Shown here: in pieces, positions 23,759-33,333 of the stretch | Position numbering within the stretch: position 1 is the first letter of the stretch | Layout: each line of letters starts with the position of its first letter | DNA from: Gammaproteobacteria bacterium | GTDB lineage: Bacteria > Pseudomonadota > Gammaproteobacteria > Eutrophobiales > Eutrophobiaceae | Length of the DNA: 64,000 bases | Assembly: GCA_965222155.1 (NCBI GenBank) | Contig: CBDCTH010000012.1 | Span: 1,664,001 to 1,728,000, forward strand | Direction of reading: 5' to 3' | Position numbers and translations under genes: made by a program | The notes under the pieces: generated by a model | What the model was told of the DNA's origin: nothing | Database searches by the model: none | The model's input: the letters and a program-made list of their open reading frames with translations, nothing else

Positions 23759-24657
23759 CAGAGACACTAATCAGTTCAGCGAACAAAGAAGTCGTTATCG
23801 GTTTTGATCGACCCTTTGTGATCATCGGCGAACGGATTAATCCGACCGGACGTAAAATCCTGGCTGAGGAAATGAAAGTGGGCGATTACAGTCGTGTAGA
23901 AGCGGATGCTATCGCCCAGGTTGAGGCCGGTGCGCACATGCTGGATGTAAACGCCGGTATTCCGCTGGCGGATGAGCCGGCGATCCTGGCACAGGCAATC
24001 AGGCTGGTACAGTCGATTACCGATGTGCCCTTGTCTATCGATTCATCCATCGTCGCGGCCCTGGAAGCCGGTCTGGCCGTATATCAGGGCAAGGCGCTGG
24101 TCAATTCCGTTACCGGCGAAGAAGAACGGCTGGAATCGGTATTGCCTCTGGTTGCCAGGCATAACGCGGCCGTGGTGGCTATTTCCAATGATGAAACCGG
24201 CATATCGGAGGACCCGGACGTACGCTTTGAAGTGGCCAGAAAAATCGTTGCGCGCGCTGCGGACTACGGCATCCATCAGCGCGACGTCGTCGTCGACCCG
24301 CTGGTGATGCCGATCGGGGCGATCAATTCAGCCGGCAGACAGGTCATGCATATCGTCAGGCGGCTGCGCGAGGAACTGAAAGTCAATACGACCTGCGGCG
24401 CATCCAACGTCAGTTTCGGGCTACCGAACCGAAACGGTATCAACAGCGCGTTTCTTACCATGGCTATCAGCGCCGGTATGACTTCGGCAATTACCAACCC
24501 CCTGCACGGCGAAGTGATGCAGGCGGTACTGGGAGCGGATGTAATGATGGGTCATGATCCGGATTGCAGACGCTGGATAAAAAAATACCGAGAACCCGGC
24601 GCGACAGCAGAGTCCGGTGGCGGACGAAGAGACAGACCCCGTCGCCGCCGCGCCTGA
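23755..24657 (+). CDS. Pterin-binding methyltetrahydrofolate:corrinoid methyltransferase
   Basis: IIGERINPTGRK, LDVNAG, SIDSS and GASNVSFGLPNR motifs; ATGA overlap with the metF stop. Confidence 0.92.
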   Translation: MTETLISSANKEVVIGFDRPFVIIGERINPTGRKILAEEMKVGDYSRVEADAIAQVEAGAHMLDVNAGIPLADEPAILAQAIRLVQSITDVPLSIDSSIVAALEAGLAVYQGKALVNSVTGEEERLESVLPLVARHNAAVVAISNDETGISEDPDVRFEVARKIVARAADYGIHQRDVVVDPLVMPIGAINSAGRQVMHIVRRLREELKVNTTCGASNVSFGLPNRNGINSAFLTMAISAGMTSAITNPLHGEVMQAVLGADVMMGHDPDCRRWIKKYREPGATAESGGGRRDRPRRRRA

Positions 24658-24783
24658 CAGAAGAATCAATCCGCAGATGACGCAGATTAGCGCAGATAAA
24701 ACAACATGAAAATATCATACCTGTGTCCTCTGTGGCATAACTAATCTGCGTCATCTGCGGATATAATAAAATACCTGCATACT

Positions 24784-26817
24784 ATGGTGGACAAGTCAGG
24801 CAAAACGGCAAAAGTTGTATTCACCCCATCGGGGCGAAGAGGCGTGTTCCGGTTGGGCACGCCGTTGTTGGAAGCGGCCCGGGAACTGGGTGTTGACATT
24901 GATTCCGTGTGCGGCGGGCGCGGTTTGTGCGGCCGTTGCCAGATATTATGCAATGAGGGTAATTTTCCCAAACTTAGCATTACCTCAAAAAAGGAACACC
25001 TCTCTCCATTCAGCGCAACTGAACAGAAATTCGGCGCCAGAAAACAGCCATTGGAAGCGGGACGGCGCCTGAGTTGCCACACCACCGTGCAGGGAGACCT
25101 GCTCATCGATGTCCCGCCGGAGAGTCAGATCCATCGCCAGCTGGTACGCAAGGAAGCCGAACAAAGGGACATTACACTCGACCCCGTCGTCCACCTGCAC
25201 TTTGTGGAAGTCCAGGAAGCGGATATGTATGAGCCCAAGAGTGATATGACAAGGCTGATGGAGGCACTGCGTCACCAATGGGGCTTCACGGACTTGACCT
25301 GGCGCTCCACTGTTCTGAACAATATCCAGCCCGCATTAAGAGAAGGCAAATGGTCGGTCACGGCTGCGATACATCAAAACAAGGAAATAATCGCCTTATG
25401 GCCGGGATATAGGGATGCCGTTTATGGTCTGGCCATAGACGTCGGTTCAACTACGATCGCCGCACACCTGTGCGATTTGAACATCGGCGAGGTAATCGGT
25501 TCAAGCGGCATGATGAACCCGCAGATCCGCTTCGGTGAAGACCTTATGAGCAGGGTGTCTTACGCCATGATGCGCCCGGAAGGCGTTGATGAAATGATTC
25601 AAGTAGTGCGCGAAGGGATAAATAAACTCATTTTGCAGATCAGTAGTGAGGCCGGTATCTGTCCCAGCGATATCGTCAGTATTACCCTGGTAGGCAACCC
25701 CATCATGCATCATCTGTTGCTGGGCATCAGTCCTGTTGAGCTTGGTGGGGCGCCATTTACCCTGGCGGTCGATAGCGCCGTTTATATGGGCGCAAAAGAA
25801 CTTGCGCTCAATATCAACCCGGGGGGAGTCGCCTACCTTCTTCCCTGTATCGCCGGGCACGTCGGGGCTGATACGGCCGGCGTTATTCTATCCGAACAAC
25901 CCCACGTTCACGATGATATCAGCCTGCTCATAGACATCGGCACCAACGCGGAAATCGTGCTGGGGAACAGGGAACGCCTGCTGGCCTGTTCCAGCCCGAC
26001 CGGACCGGCATTTGAAGGGGCGCAAATCAGTTGCGGACAACGGGCGGCCCCCGGGGCTATTGAACGAGTACGCATCAACCCGAAAACACTGAAAGTCAGG
26101 GTGAAGGTGATCGGCTCATCTCTCTGGTCAGATGATCCCATGTTTGAACAATCGATTAGCGCTACCGGTGTAACCGGCTTGTGCGGCTCAGGACTCATCG
26201 AAGCCGTGGCGGAAATGTACCTGTCCGGAATCCTGAGCAGCGACGGGGTAATTAACGGCGAACTGTCCAGCAGGACGGATAAAATTGTTCCAGACGGCCG
26301 TACCTTCTCTTTAATTCTCTACAGTGGCAACACCACGATTACCCTCACACAGAACGATATAAGACAGGTCCAACTCGCCAAAGCCGCTTTATATGCCGGG
26401 GTGAAACTACTGATGGACAAGCTGGCAATCAAGTCGGTGGACAGGATAAGACTGGCCGGCGCATTCGGCAGCCATATTGACGTCAGACTGGCCATGGTGC
26501 TGGGCATGATACCGGACTGCCCGCTGCAACAGGTTGCTTGCGTGGGCAACGCCGCGAGTACCGGCGCCAGAATCGCGTTATTGAATAACGCATCCAGAAA
26601 CGAGATCGAAACGACGGTCAGGCAAATACAAAAGGTTGAGACCGCGGTCGAACCAAGATTTCAGGAATACTTTGTGAATGCCATGGCGATACCGCATAAA
26701 ACCGACCCTTTCCCTAACCTGTCGGCAACGATAGCGATGCCACATGGTCAGACCTCAACTCCTGATCAGGGGGCAGCAAAGCCCGCTAAACGCCGGCGAC
26801 GGAGAGCGGCTCCTTGA
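24784..26817 (+). CDS. ATP-dependent reductive activator of corrinoid proteins (2Fe-2S + ASKHA, RACo-like)
   Basis: CGGRGLCGRC, DVGSTT, DIGTNAE, GPAFEG and AGAFG motifs. Confidence 0.92.
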   Translation: MVDKSGKTAKVVFTPSGRRGVFRLGTPLLEAARELGVDIDSVCGGRGLCGRCQILCNEGNFPKLSITSKKEHLSPFSATEQKFGARKQPLEAGRRLSCHTTVQGDLLIDVPPESQIHRQLVRKEAEQRDITLDPVVHLHFVEVQEADMYEPKSDMTRLMEALRHQWGFTDLTWRSTVLNNIQPALREGKWSVTAAIHQNKEIIALWPGYRDAVYGLAIDVGSTTIAAHLCDLNIGEVIGSSGMMNPQIRFGEDLMSRVSYAMMRPEGVDEMIQVVREGINKLILQISSEAGICPSDIVSITLVGNPIMHHLLLGISPVELGGAPFTLAVDSAVYMGAKELALNINPGGVAYLLPCIAGHVGADTAGVILSEQPHVHDDISLLIDIGTNAEIVLGNRERLLACSSPTGPAFEGAQISCGQRAAPGAIERVRINPKTLKVRVKVIGSSLWSDDPMFEQSISATGVTGLCGSGLIEAVAEMYLSGILSSDGVINGELSSRTDKIVPDGRTFSLILYSGNTTITLTQNDIRQVQLAKAALYAGVKLLMDKLAIKSVDRIRLAGAFGSHIDVRLAMVLGMIPDCPLQQVACVGNAASTGARIALLNNASRNEIETTVRQIQKVETAVEPRFQEYFVNAMAIPHKTDPFPNLSATIAMPHGQTSTPDQGAAKPAKRRRRRAAP

Positions 26818-26878
26818 CCAATCAGCCGCATTCAGCCAGCCCGAGCATCGCATCAACTGGTGAAAAATGCGGGCTGGA

Positions 26879-27286
26879 TCAAGAAGAAGTATCTTTTGCC
26901 TTACTGGTACGAAATTCGCAAACACGGACGATGACATAGGCTATGAGAGCGAAAATGAAAAATAGCAGCAGCATAAATGCGATAGACTGCAAAGACTCAA
27001 TAATTGTTCGATAGATCTCCAATATCCAGCGTTCTGCTGTTAACACCGGGGGAGTGAACTCTTCCGTAGGCGCCCCAAGGAATTTCTCCAGGTAGTGAAT
27101 TTGAACACCACCGGATATTCCGACAACGTATATGGCAAACTGCAAATACTTTGTCCAGGCGTAGGCAATCTCATCGGCAACAATCCGTTCCAGGACACTA
27201 TCAATGGGCTTAGTAAACAACTTGGCTATGATAAAGCATACAATGAACGAGACTACAAATGTGATACTTAAAAGTGACAAAAACAT
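26879..27286 (-). CDS. Hypothetical membrane protein (3 TM)
   Basis: 135-aa hydrophobic ORF filling the intergenic space. Confidence 0.75.
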   Translation of the reverse strand: MFLSLLSITFVVSFIVCFIIAKLFTKPIDSVLERIVADEIAYAWTKYLQFAIYVVGISGGVQIHYLEKFLGAPTEEFTPPVLTAERWILEIYRTIIESLQSIAFMLLLFFIFALIAYVIVRVCEFRTSKAKDTSS

Positions 27287-27332
27287 CTATGAGTTCCTCA
27301 TACGTATTTCCGGACATAACATAATACAGCTA

Positions 27333-27593
27333 TTAATAATGGTATCTGCACGAAATTATCGTCAGTCGTTCAACATCTACCACATAGACCAACCGGTTAG
27401 TTTCATCTATTCGGCGAGACCAGAATCCGGACAAGTTTTCCTTTAACGGCTCCGGTTTGCCGACGCCTGCAAATGGCGATCTTTGTACGTCGGAAATCAG
27501 CTTGTTGATGCGCTTCAAGGTTTTCCTGTCCTGGCTCTGCCAGTAGAGGTAGTCTTTCCAAGCCTCTTTCGTCCATGCCAGAATTTCAATCAT
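27333..27593 (-). CDS. yoeB: Txe/YoeB toxin
   Basis: AWKDYLYWQ, GKPEPLK, WSRRI and C-terminal RYHY motifs. Confidence 0.95.
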   Translation of the reverse strand: MIEILAWTKEAWKDYLYWQSQDRKTLKRINKLISDVQRSPFAGVGKPEPLKENLSGFWSRRIDETNRLVYVVDVERLTIISCRYHY

Positions 27594-27840
27594 CAATTAA
27601 ATTGTGTTCCCTGGTTTGCCCTCTGTGATATTGATCGATTGATTCTGCCAGGTGCGCGGCGTTTGCCGGACTCTTTGACAGATACACGGTTTCCATCAAT
27701 CCGTTAAAATGATCGAGTGACATGACGACAGCATCTTCAGCATCCCGGCGCGTGATGATGGTGCAATCGGAATCCTCAATGACTTGATCTAAAACTCTCT
27801 TTAACTGATTTCTGGCTTCGGAAAAGTTAACCACCCGCAT
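27586..27840 (-). CDS. yefM: YefM/Phd antitoxin
   Basis: VNFSEAR..L, ITRR, VVMSL and ETVYL..SPANA motifs; overlaps yoeB. Confidence 0.93.
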   Translation of the reverse strand: MRVVNFSEARNQLKRVLDQVIEDSDCTIITRRDAEDAVVMSLDHFNGLMETVYLSKSPANAAHLAESIDQYHRGQTREHNLIDD

Positions 27841-27959
27841 AACTGAGCACCTGTCTTGTACTGTATAATGTCCAAGTATAACTCCATTTTCCTTCATAGG
27901 CAAAAAAAGAAATCGGCTAATTCTTCGACCAACCGATCAATATCAGGTATAAAAAATAC

Positions 27960-28373
27960 TCACTCCAATACCCTGCCCCGCAGGGATTTAATCTGACCGC
28001 GCCGGGTTTTTCTATCCAGTCTTTTCTTTTGTGAACTTCCGCTGGGACTGGTTGGCCGCCTCACTTTCCTGGGCACGGTAACGCGTCTGATTAATTCCTG
28101 CAATCGCTCAAGCGCATCAGCCCGATTCTTTTCCTGTGTTCTGTATTTCCCGGCTTTAATGACTATCACGCCGTCCTTGCTGATGCGCCGATCTTTCAGG
28201 TTCAACAAGCGTTGCTTATACCATTCCGGTAGTGAGGATGCGCGAATATTGAAACGGAGATGTATCGCGGATGAGACTTTGTTGACATTCTGGCCGCCTG
28301 CACCCCGCGCGCGGATGGCTGAAAGTTCTATTTCATCATCCGGAAGCGTTACCTTTGAAGATATATTCAGCAC
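27960..28373 (-). CDS. arfB: Alternative ribosome rescue factor B
   Basis: GAGGQNVNKVSSA and basic C-terminal tail. Confidence 0.95.
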   Translation of the reverse strand: MLNISSKVTLPDDEIELSAIRARGAGGQNVNKVSSAIHLRFNIRASSLPEWYKQRLLNLKDRRISKDGVIVIKAGKYRTQEKNRADALERLQELIRRVTVPRKVRRPTSPSGSSQKKRLDRKTRRGQIKSLRGRVLE

Positions 28374-28465
28374 GGATCACTTTATTCAGTCTTGTTACCA
28401 TCCAAGTATGGCCCTTTCTATTAGTTGTGTGTCTTTGCAGCGTCTAAGATATACGGGCTATTCCT

Positions 28466-29389
28466 TCAGGTAACTACCGTGAGGAAATTCTCGTTCAGTT
28501 TCCTGTCGTGATAGAAGATGGCCTTGCCGAGTTCGTCCGCGGTCCAGGTAATAGGCTCACGATCGGGATACCAGGTGTAATCGCCGCAGAACACTTCGTT
28601 GCGATTGCCTGAGGGGTCGAAGAAGTAAATAGTTCGCCCCCGGGTAATGCCGTGACGGGTCGGGCCAATGTCGATGGGAATTTCATGCATGCCCATGATA
28701 TCGGCGGCCCGTAACACCTCCTCCCAGGTCATCAGCATGAATGACACGTGGTGCAGTTTGTTCGGTTCGGGGTATTCGAGAATGGCCAGGTCATGGGCCT
28801 TATTGGAACAGGAGACGAAGGCCGCAGCCATTTCACCTTCCGGGTTCAAGACCTTTTCGGTCAGGTCAAAACCCAGGACGTCCGTGAATATCTTCGTGGT
28901 CCCGGTGGCGTTGGGCCCGTATAACAGCACGTGGTCAAACCGGTGAACCTGCATGCCTTTCAAGCCTTCCGGCCAGGGGTTAGGATTAAGTCGACCCAGT
29001 CCGTCGCCTATTTGCTTTTTCTCCGCATACAGTTCAAACAGGTGACCGGACGGAGCCTCAAAACGCGCCCGTTCGCCACAATTATTGAGTTCGCCTTCCG
29101 GGATCCATTCAATGTCAAGACCATAATCCTCCAGCTTCCCGACAAGCTCATCCATGTCGGCTCTCGAGTAAGTCTTGTAGCCGGTATAATCTATTCCCGG
29201 TGAATCAGCTTCCCTGAGTACTATGGAAAAACAATCCAATTCATCCCATGCCTTGAGATAAACCCTGCCTTGATCGTCCTCACCAGTTTTTATCAAACCT
29301 ATTCGCTCTGTGTAGTAAGCTAACGATTCCGCCATATCCAGCACACGGATTGCCGCATGGCCGGGACGCATCACACCTGTAAATGACAT
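28466..29389 (-). CDS. dmpB: Catechol 2,3-dioxygenase
   Basis: GVMRPGH, FDH, LHHVSF, GPTRHGITRG and YFFDPSGNRNE motifs. Confidence 0.95.
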   Translation of the reverse strand: MSFTGVMRPGHAAIRVLDMAESLAYYTERIGLIKTGEDDQGRVYLKAWDELDCFSIVLREADSPGIDYTGYKTYSRADMDELVGKLEDYGLDIEWIPEGELNNCGERARFEAPSGHLFELYAEKKQIGDGLGRLNPNPWPEGLKGMQVHRFDHVLLYGPNATGTTKIFTDVLGFDLTEKVLNPEGEMAAAFVSCSNKAHDLAILEYPEPNKLHHVSFMLMTWEEVLRAADIMGMHEIPIDIGPTRHGITRGRTIYFFDPSGNRNEVFCGDYTWYPDREPITWTADELGKAIFYHDRKLNENFLTVVT

Positions 29390-29431
29390 TGTCTTCTCCT
29401 CCTGCTATTAATTTTACAAAGCTCTAATCAG

Positions 29432-29591
29432 TATAGGAACCTCTGATTAAGTCAGAGGTTCCTACGATACAAGGACGTATCGTCAAAATCAATGACAATA
29501 AGGCATTGATTTTGTGAGGAAAACAAAAATCGAAATTTTTGTTTTCCGTACTCTGACAAGTCCTGGATGGACTTGTTCAGAGTTTCCTATA
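29432..29591. mobile_element. Multi-hairpin MITE-like element
   Basis: Termini TATAGGAACCTCTGA / TCAGAGTTTCCTATA enclosing five consecutive hairpins. Confidence 0.65.
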
Positions 29592-29595
29592 TTAT

Positions 29596-29678
29596 ATATT
29601 TGGGGTCAGAGTAAAAACCTATTCACCCTCCCTGTCCGACAATGATCATATACAGGTTTTTACTCTGACCCCAAATAT
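29596..29678. repeat. 25-bp perfect inverted repeat (GGGGTCAGAGTAAAA REP-like)
   Basis: ATATTTGGGGTCAGAGTAAAAACCT / AGGTTTTTACTCTGACCCCAAATAT; a single arm recurs at 56522-56542. Confidence 0.85.
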
Positions 29679-29995
29679 GTACCAGTTAAAAAGATTTTTT
29701 GCCATTTCCCCAGAACTTTCAAGCGTAAATTACCTTCGGGAAACAGTTTGCATGCCAGACAGATACCCTGCTCTTCATCCTTGACCGGCACCTGTTCACG
29801 GCTCATCTTGCCGGTCCGATAATGACCGTCACCCAGCACCTGTACGCGACACACACCACAGCCTCCGCCCCGGCAACCTACCGGAATACCCTTCCTGCCG
29901 AGTTGCTCCATGGCCTTGAGGACGTTACGTTCAGATGAACAGACAAATTCCTCACCGTTATCTTCAATGGCAATTATAAATTTATTCATGTCCAT
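29660..29995 (-). CDS. dmpQ: XylT/DmpQ-type [2Fe-2S] ferredoxin (dioxygenase reactivation)
   Basis: GIPVGCRGGGCGVC...KMSR..V...LAC motif immediately upstream of the dioxygenase. Confidence 0.9.
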   Translation of the reverse strand: MDMNKFIIAIEDNGEEFVCSSERNVLKAMEQLGRKGIPVGCRGGGCGVCRVQVLGDGHYRTGKMSREQVPVKDEEQGICLACKLFPEGNLRLKVLGKWQKIFLTGTYLGSE

Positions 29996-30001
29996 TTAAA
30001 G

Positions 30002-31066
30002 TCAAAACTTTTTAAACAGGGCGCTGCGTCTGGCCGGTTTCTCGCTGTCTGCCGCCGTGAAGAAGTTTTCCATGAAGATGTGCTCTTCGAACAAGCGCCC
30101 CTGCATCAGGCTGGTGATGCAACTATCGACCATAGGGGGAGGACCGCAAAGGTAGGCTTTATTCCCCTCAAAGCGCTTGTCAAAATGTTTTTCAGCCAGT
30201 TCATGCACAAAACACTGTGGCCCGTCCCAGTCATCTGCTTCGGCCGGTTCCGATAACGCGGTAAGGTAGTGAAAATTATCATGTTGCCGGGCAAGTTCGG
30301 TAAACAGGTCAAAATAATACAGTTCAGACTGGTTGCGAGCGCCGTATACAAGCGTGATAGTGCGATCGTCGCCATTTTCCAGCAGGTCCAGGATCATGGA
30401 TTTCGGGCTGGACAACCCGGACCCGCCGGCCAGGAAAATCACCGGTTCAGGCGCTGATTTACGTACAAAAAAGCGACCCAACGGCGCGGCAAACGTCAGT
30501 TCGTCACCAACCTCGAGGCATTCGTGCAGGTATGTAGTAGCCTGGCCGTCGGCAACGTAGCGAACGTTCAATTCGATGATATTTTTCTCGGAGGGCGGGT
30601 TGGCAAGGGAGAAAGCCCTGGGTATTTCCACTCCGGGTACGTTCAGGTTGAGATATTGACCGGCCTGAAATTCAATACCGTTACCCGCTACCTCCAGCCA
30701 TATTCCTTTAACCGTAGGGGTTAAATCTTTCATCCGGACAACCGTGCCGACAAAATCCCCGACCGGCAAGTTCTGTGCGTCTTCCTCTTCCTCTATGTCC
30801 GCTTCTATGACGATATCCGACGACAGGGTCGCACAACAGGCCAGGGTCTTGCCTTCGTCACGCTCAACATCCATCAGCGCAAACGCGGAGGCTTCATTAT
30901 GCTCAACCTCGCCTTCCAGCACGTCTACTTTGCAGGTGCCGCACAGCCCATGATTGCAGGCATAAGGCAACCAGATCCCGGCGCGCAAAGCCGCATCCAG
31001 CAGCTTCTGCCCCTCTTCGACCTCTATCGTCTCGCCCAGAGGTTCAATGGTGGCCTGGAAAGACAC
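30002..31066 (-). CDS. dmpP: Phenol hydroxylase reductase (P5)
   Basis: ACNHGLCGTC, RAFS, GGSGLSSPKSM and YLCGPPPM motifs; ends RSALFKKF. Confidence 0.94.
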   Translation of the reverse strand: MSFQATIEPLGETIEVEEGQKLLDAALRAGIWLPYACNHGLCGTCKVDVLEGEVEHNEASAFALMDVERDEGKTLACCATLSSDIVIEADIEEEEDAQNLPVGDFVGTVVRMKDLTPTVKGIWLEVAGNGIEFQAGQYLNLNVPGVEIPRAFSLANPPSEKNIIELNVRYVADGQATTYLHECLEVGDELTFAAPLGRFFVRKSAPEPVIFLAGGSGLSSPKSMILDLLENGDDRTITLVYGARNQSELYYFDLFTELARQHDNFHYLTALSEPAEADDWDGPQCFVHELAEKHFDKRFEGNKAYLCGPPPMVDSCITSLMQGRLFEEHIFMENFFTAADSEKPARRSALFKKF

Positions 31067-31092
31067 GTGCGTATTCCAGCGCCAATCCTGCG

Positions 31093-31455
31093 TTAATTAC
31101 CTACCCCGTGCAAACCTTCCAGGCCAGGAGTGGTTACCCGGATGAACGAATTATGCGCAATGCCGTTTTCGCTAAAGGATTTATCCAAATCAGGCTGCCA
31201 GTTTTGATTCTCCAACTGCCAGACACCCTCTTCCCAGTTGACCTTGTCAATATCGGGGTGCTGGGGATAATCAGGGGCAAATACCTGCGCCAGGAAATCC
31301 CTGAATTTCATGTCCGGCGGCAGCCGATAGGCGTTGGGCGCGCAATAAATCAGGTGATGATCCCAGACCACGTATACATTTATATCGCCGCCATAATTCT
31401 CCCGCCGGTTGGCACAGGGAAAATCGTATGAATCACCGATAAATTTTACTGCCAT
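31093..31455 (-). CDS. dmpO: Phenol hydroxylase gamma subunit (P4)
   Basis: WDHHL, HPD, PDLDKS..ENG and TPGLEG motifs; operon position. Confidence 0.9.
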   Translation of the reverse strand: MAVKFIGDSYDFPCANRRENYGGDINVYVVWDHHLIYCAPNAYRLPPDMKFRDFLAQVFAPDYPQHPDIDKVNWEEGVWQLENQNWQPDLDKSFSENGIAHNSFIRVTTPGLEGLHGVGN

Positions 31456-31472
31456 CTTACTTGACCCGTTTA

Positions 31473-32999
31473 TCAGGCGTCAGCGCTGGCCATCTTGCCC
31501 GCCTGGGCTTGCCACTCCTCCCACATCTTATGATCTTCCGACCCGTAATACTCACCGGTTTCCTCCTCCTTGATATGCAACCACTCTTTATAGGCTTCAA
31601 GAGTGGCGCCGCCGCAATTCCCCTGGTAAATCTGTTGCGGTGGAATATAGGCCTGGCAATATTTCTCCGGCTCATGGTCGAAAATATCCTTGCAACCCTG
31701 CGAACACATCTGGTGCTTGGTGCCCTTGTATTCGGTAACCAGGCAACAATTCATCAACGGATCATCCGGCATGGTGTGGAAGATGGGGATCTGGCAGACG
31801 TTACAGACCACAGGCAAGCGTTTTTGAAAGAAGCGCTCGCCCTTCTTATGTAACTCATCCCAGTATTCATAACGCGGGCGATACACAGTATCGAACAACT
31901 CACCGTATTCTGCCGACAACCAGTCCAGTTCTTCCGTGGTGGGTATCCAGGTGTACAGAGCCGTTGCATGGGAAAACTGGTAAATGGTGGACCAGAATTC
32001 ATGGGTGATACGATATTTTTCCTTGGTCGCCACCTCATGATACTTGGGCGGTCTTAAACCATAGCGCGCCAGGTCGTTGAATAAGGCCATCCCGCTCTCT
32101 TCCCAGTAGATCTCCCAGGCCTGACGCCAGGACATGACCTTCTTGGGCAGCATGTAGTCCATCATGGTGCCTACCAGCCCGAGCAGGCGATAACCGCGCC
32201 AGAACCATTTATCCAACCAGCCCTGGACGATGGGCAGGTTGTCTTCGTGCTGTTCCAGCATGAACTTGATGACTTCGAGTCCCAGCGTCATGTGGCGCGA
32301 CTCGTCGGACTGGGCGGAGAAACCAAAGGTCGTCGTGGCCATATCACCGTTATAGGCCGCACCGGAGACGAACGGCATGAACAACAGGTTGGTCAACACG
32401 TATTCAAAGGAAAACGAAATGGCGGTGATCAACTCAAACGGACCGGCAGTAACAGCATCTTCAAAATAACTTTTGGGAATGGACAGGTACCAGGCCCGGT
32501 CCCGTATTCTTGCAAATTGCCTGAAGCCGTTGAAATATTTGTTGTAATGGCTGAAGGCATGCATCTGCGTCTGGTAATGGCGCATTTCGTCTATGGACTG
32601 GAATTGGCAGGCCACCCGGGCGCCGGCGCCGCGGAAACCGCGTCCCAGCATGGCAAAACCCCGGAAAGCCGCATATTCCAGCGGCGTTATCCCCTGCATC
32701 CAGAGCTTGACGGCATTCATGTAGCGGGCGTCGGAAATGTTGAGCTGGCTGTTATTCTGGGCGACGCTGTCAAGGATGGCATACAGTTTTCTTTCCTTTT
32801 CAGCCTGGTATTTCCAGTAGGCGTCCATGGTCAGGCGGAATGGATCCTGCCATTTGTCCCAGTCTTTTATCTTGATCCCCTCGTACTTGTCGTACGGAAA
32901 GACATCATCCATGGATTGGTAAGTGGTCTCCCAGTCCAACCCCCGGGTCATGAGTTGATATTTTTGATTCAAATTGAGACGTCTGGGTTTATCTGCCAT
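31473..32999 (-). CDS. dmpN: Phenol hydroxylase large (alpha, diiron) subunit (P3)
   Basis: DEMRH and DESRH diiron motifs, WDKWQDPFRLTMDAY, C-terminal CNVCQIP / CSQGC. Confidence 0.95.
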   Translation of the reverse strand: MADKPRRLNLNQKYQLMTRGLDWETTYQSMDDVFPYDKYEGIKIKDWDKWQDPFRLTMDAYWKYQAEKERKLYAILDSVAQNNSQLNISDARYMNAVKLWMQGITPLEYAAFRGFAMLGRGFRGAGARVACQFQSIDEMRHYQTQMHAFSHYNKYFNGFRQFARIRDRAWYLSIPKSYFEDAVTAGPFELITAISFSFEYVLTNLLFMPFVSGAAYNGDMATTTFGFSAQSDESRHMTLGLEVIKFMLEQHEDNLPIVQGWLDKWFWRGYRLLGLVGTMMDYMLPKKVMSWRQAWEIYWEESGMALFNDLARYGLRPPKYHEVATKEKYRITHEFWSTIYQFSHATALYTWIPTTEELDWLSAEYGELFDTVYRPRYEYWDELHKKGERFFQKRLPVVCNVCQIPIFHTMPDDPLMNCCLVTEYKGTKHQMCSQGCKDIFDHEPEKYCQAYIPPQQIYQGNCGGATLEAYKEWLHIKEEETGEYYGSEDHKMWEEWQAQAGKMASADA

Positions 33000-33022
33000 C
33001 GCGTATTCCTCTTAAATTCTTC

Positions 33023-33046
33023 GGGGACGGATTTAAATCCGTCCCC
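33023..33046. repeat. 24-bp perfect palindrome (REP-like variant)
   Basis: GGGGACGGATTTAAATCCGTCCCC between dmpM and dmpN. Confidence 0.85.
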
Positions 33047-33056
33047 TTGTCTCGGG

Positions 33057-33329
33057 TTAGAAATTCCACTGTAATACAAACTCGTCATCATCTTCCTCTA
33101 TGTTGCCTGCCAGGGAAATCAGGGTAAGGTGAATATCCTGCAAGTTGAATTCCCTGCCGATTTTCTCTTCGATGGTCTCACGTCTTATCACCAGACGTTT
33201 CGGGCAATCAATTTTTACCATCCCCGGAGAATCATTCACCACTGCAGCAGGATTATCATCGACGATTGCCTCTATTATCGGCTGTGCGTCCGGGTTGTTC
33301 TGTAATGCAATAAAAACGTTTTCCGCCAT
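33057..33329 (-). CDS. dmpM: Phenol hydroxylase activator (P2)
   Basis: VFIALQ, IIEAI..DNP, PGMVKID and LISLAGN motifs. Confidence 0.93.
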   Translation of the reverse strand: MAENVFIALQNNPDAQPIIEAIVDDNPAAVVNDSPGMVKIDCPKRLVIRRETIEEKIGREFNLQDIHLTLISLAGNIEEDDDEFVLQWNF

Positions 33330-33333
33330 GATC

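Noticed and set aside
27333-27840. yefM-yoeB as a marker of a prophage or plasmid
   Set aside because: No integrase, replication or phage genes nearby; it looks like a solitary chromosomal TA pair
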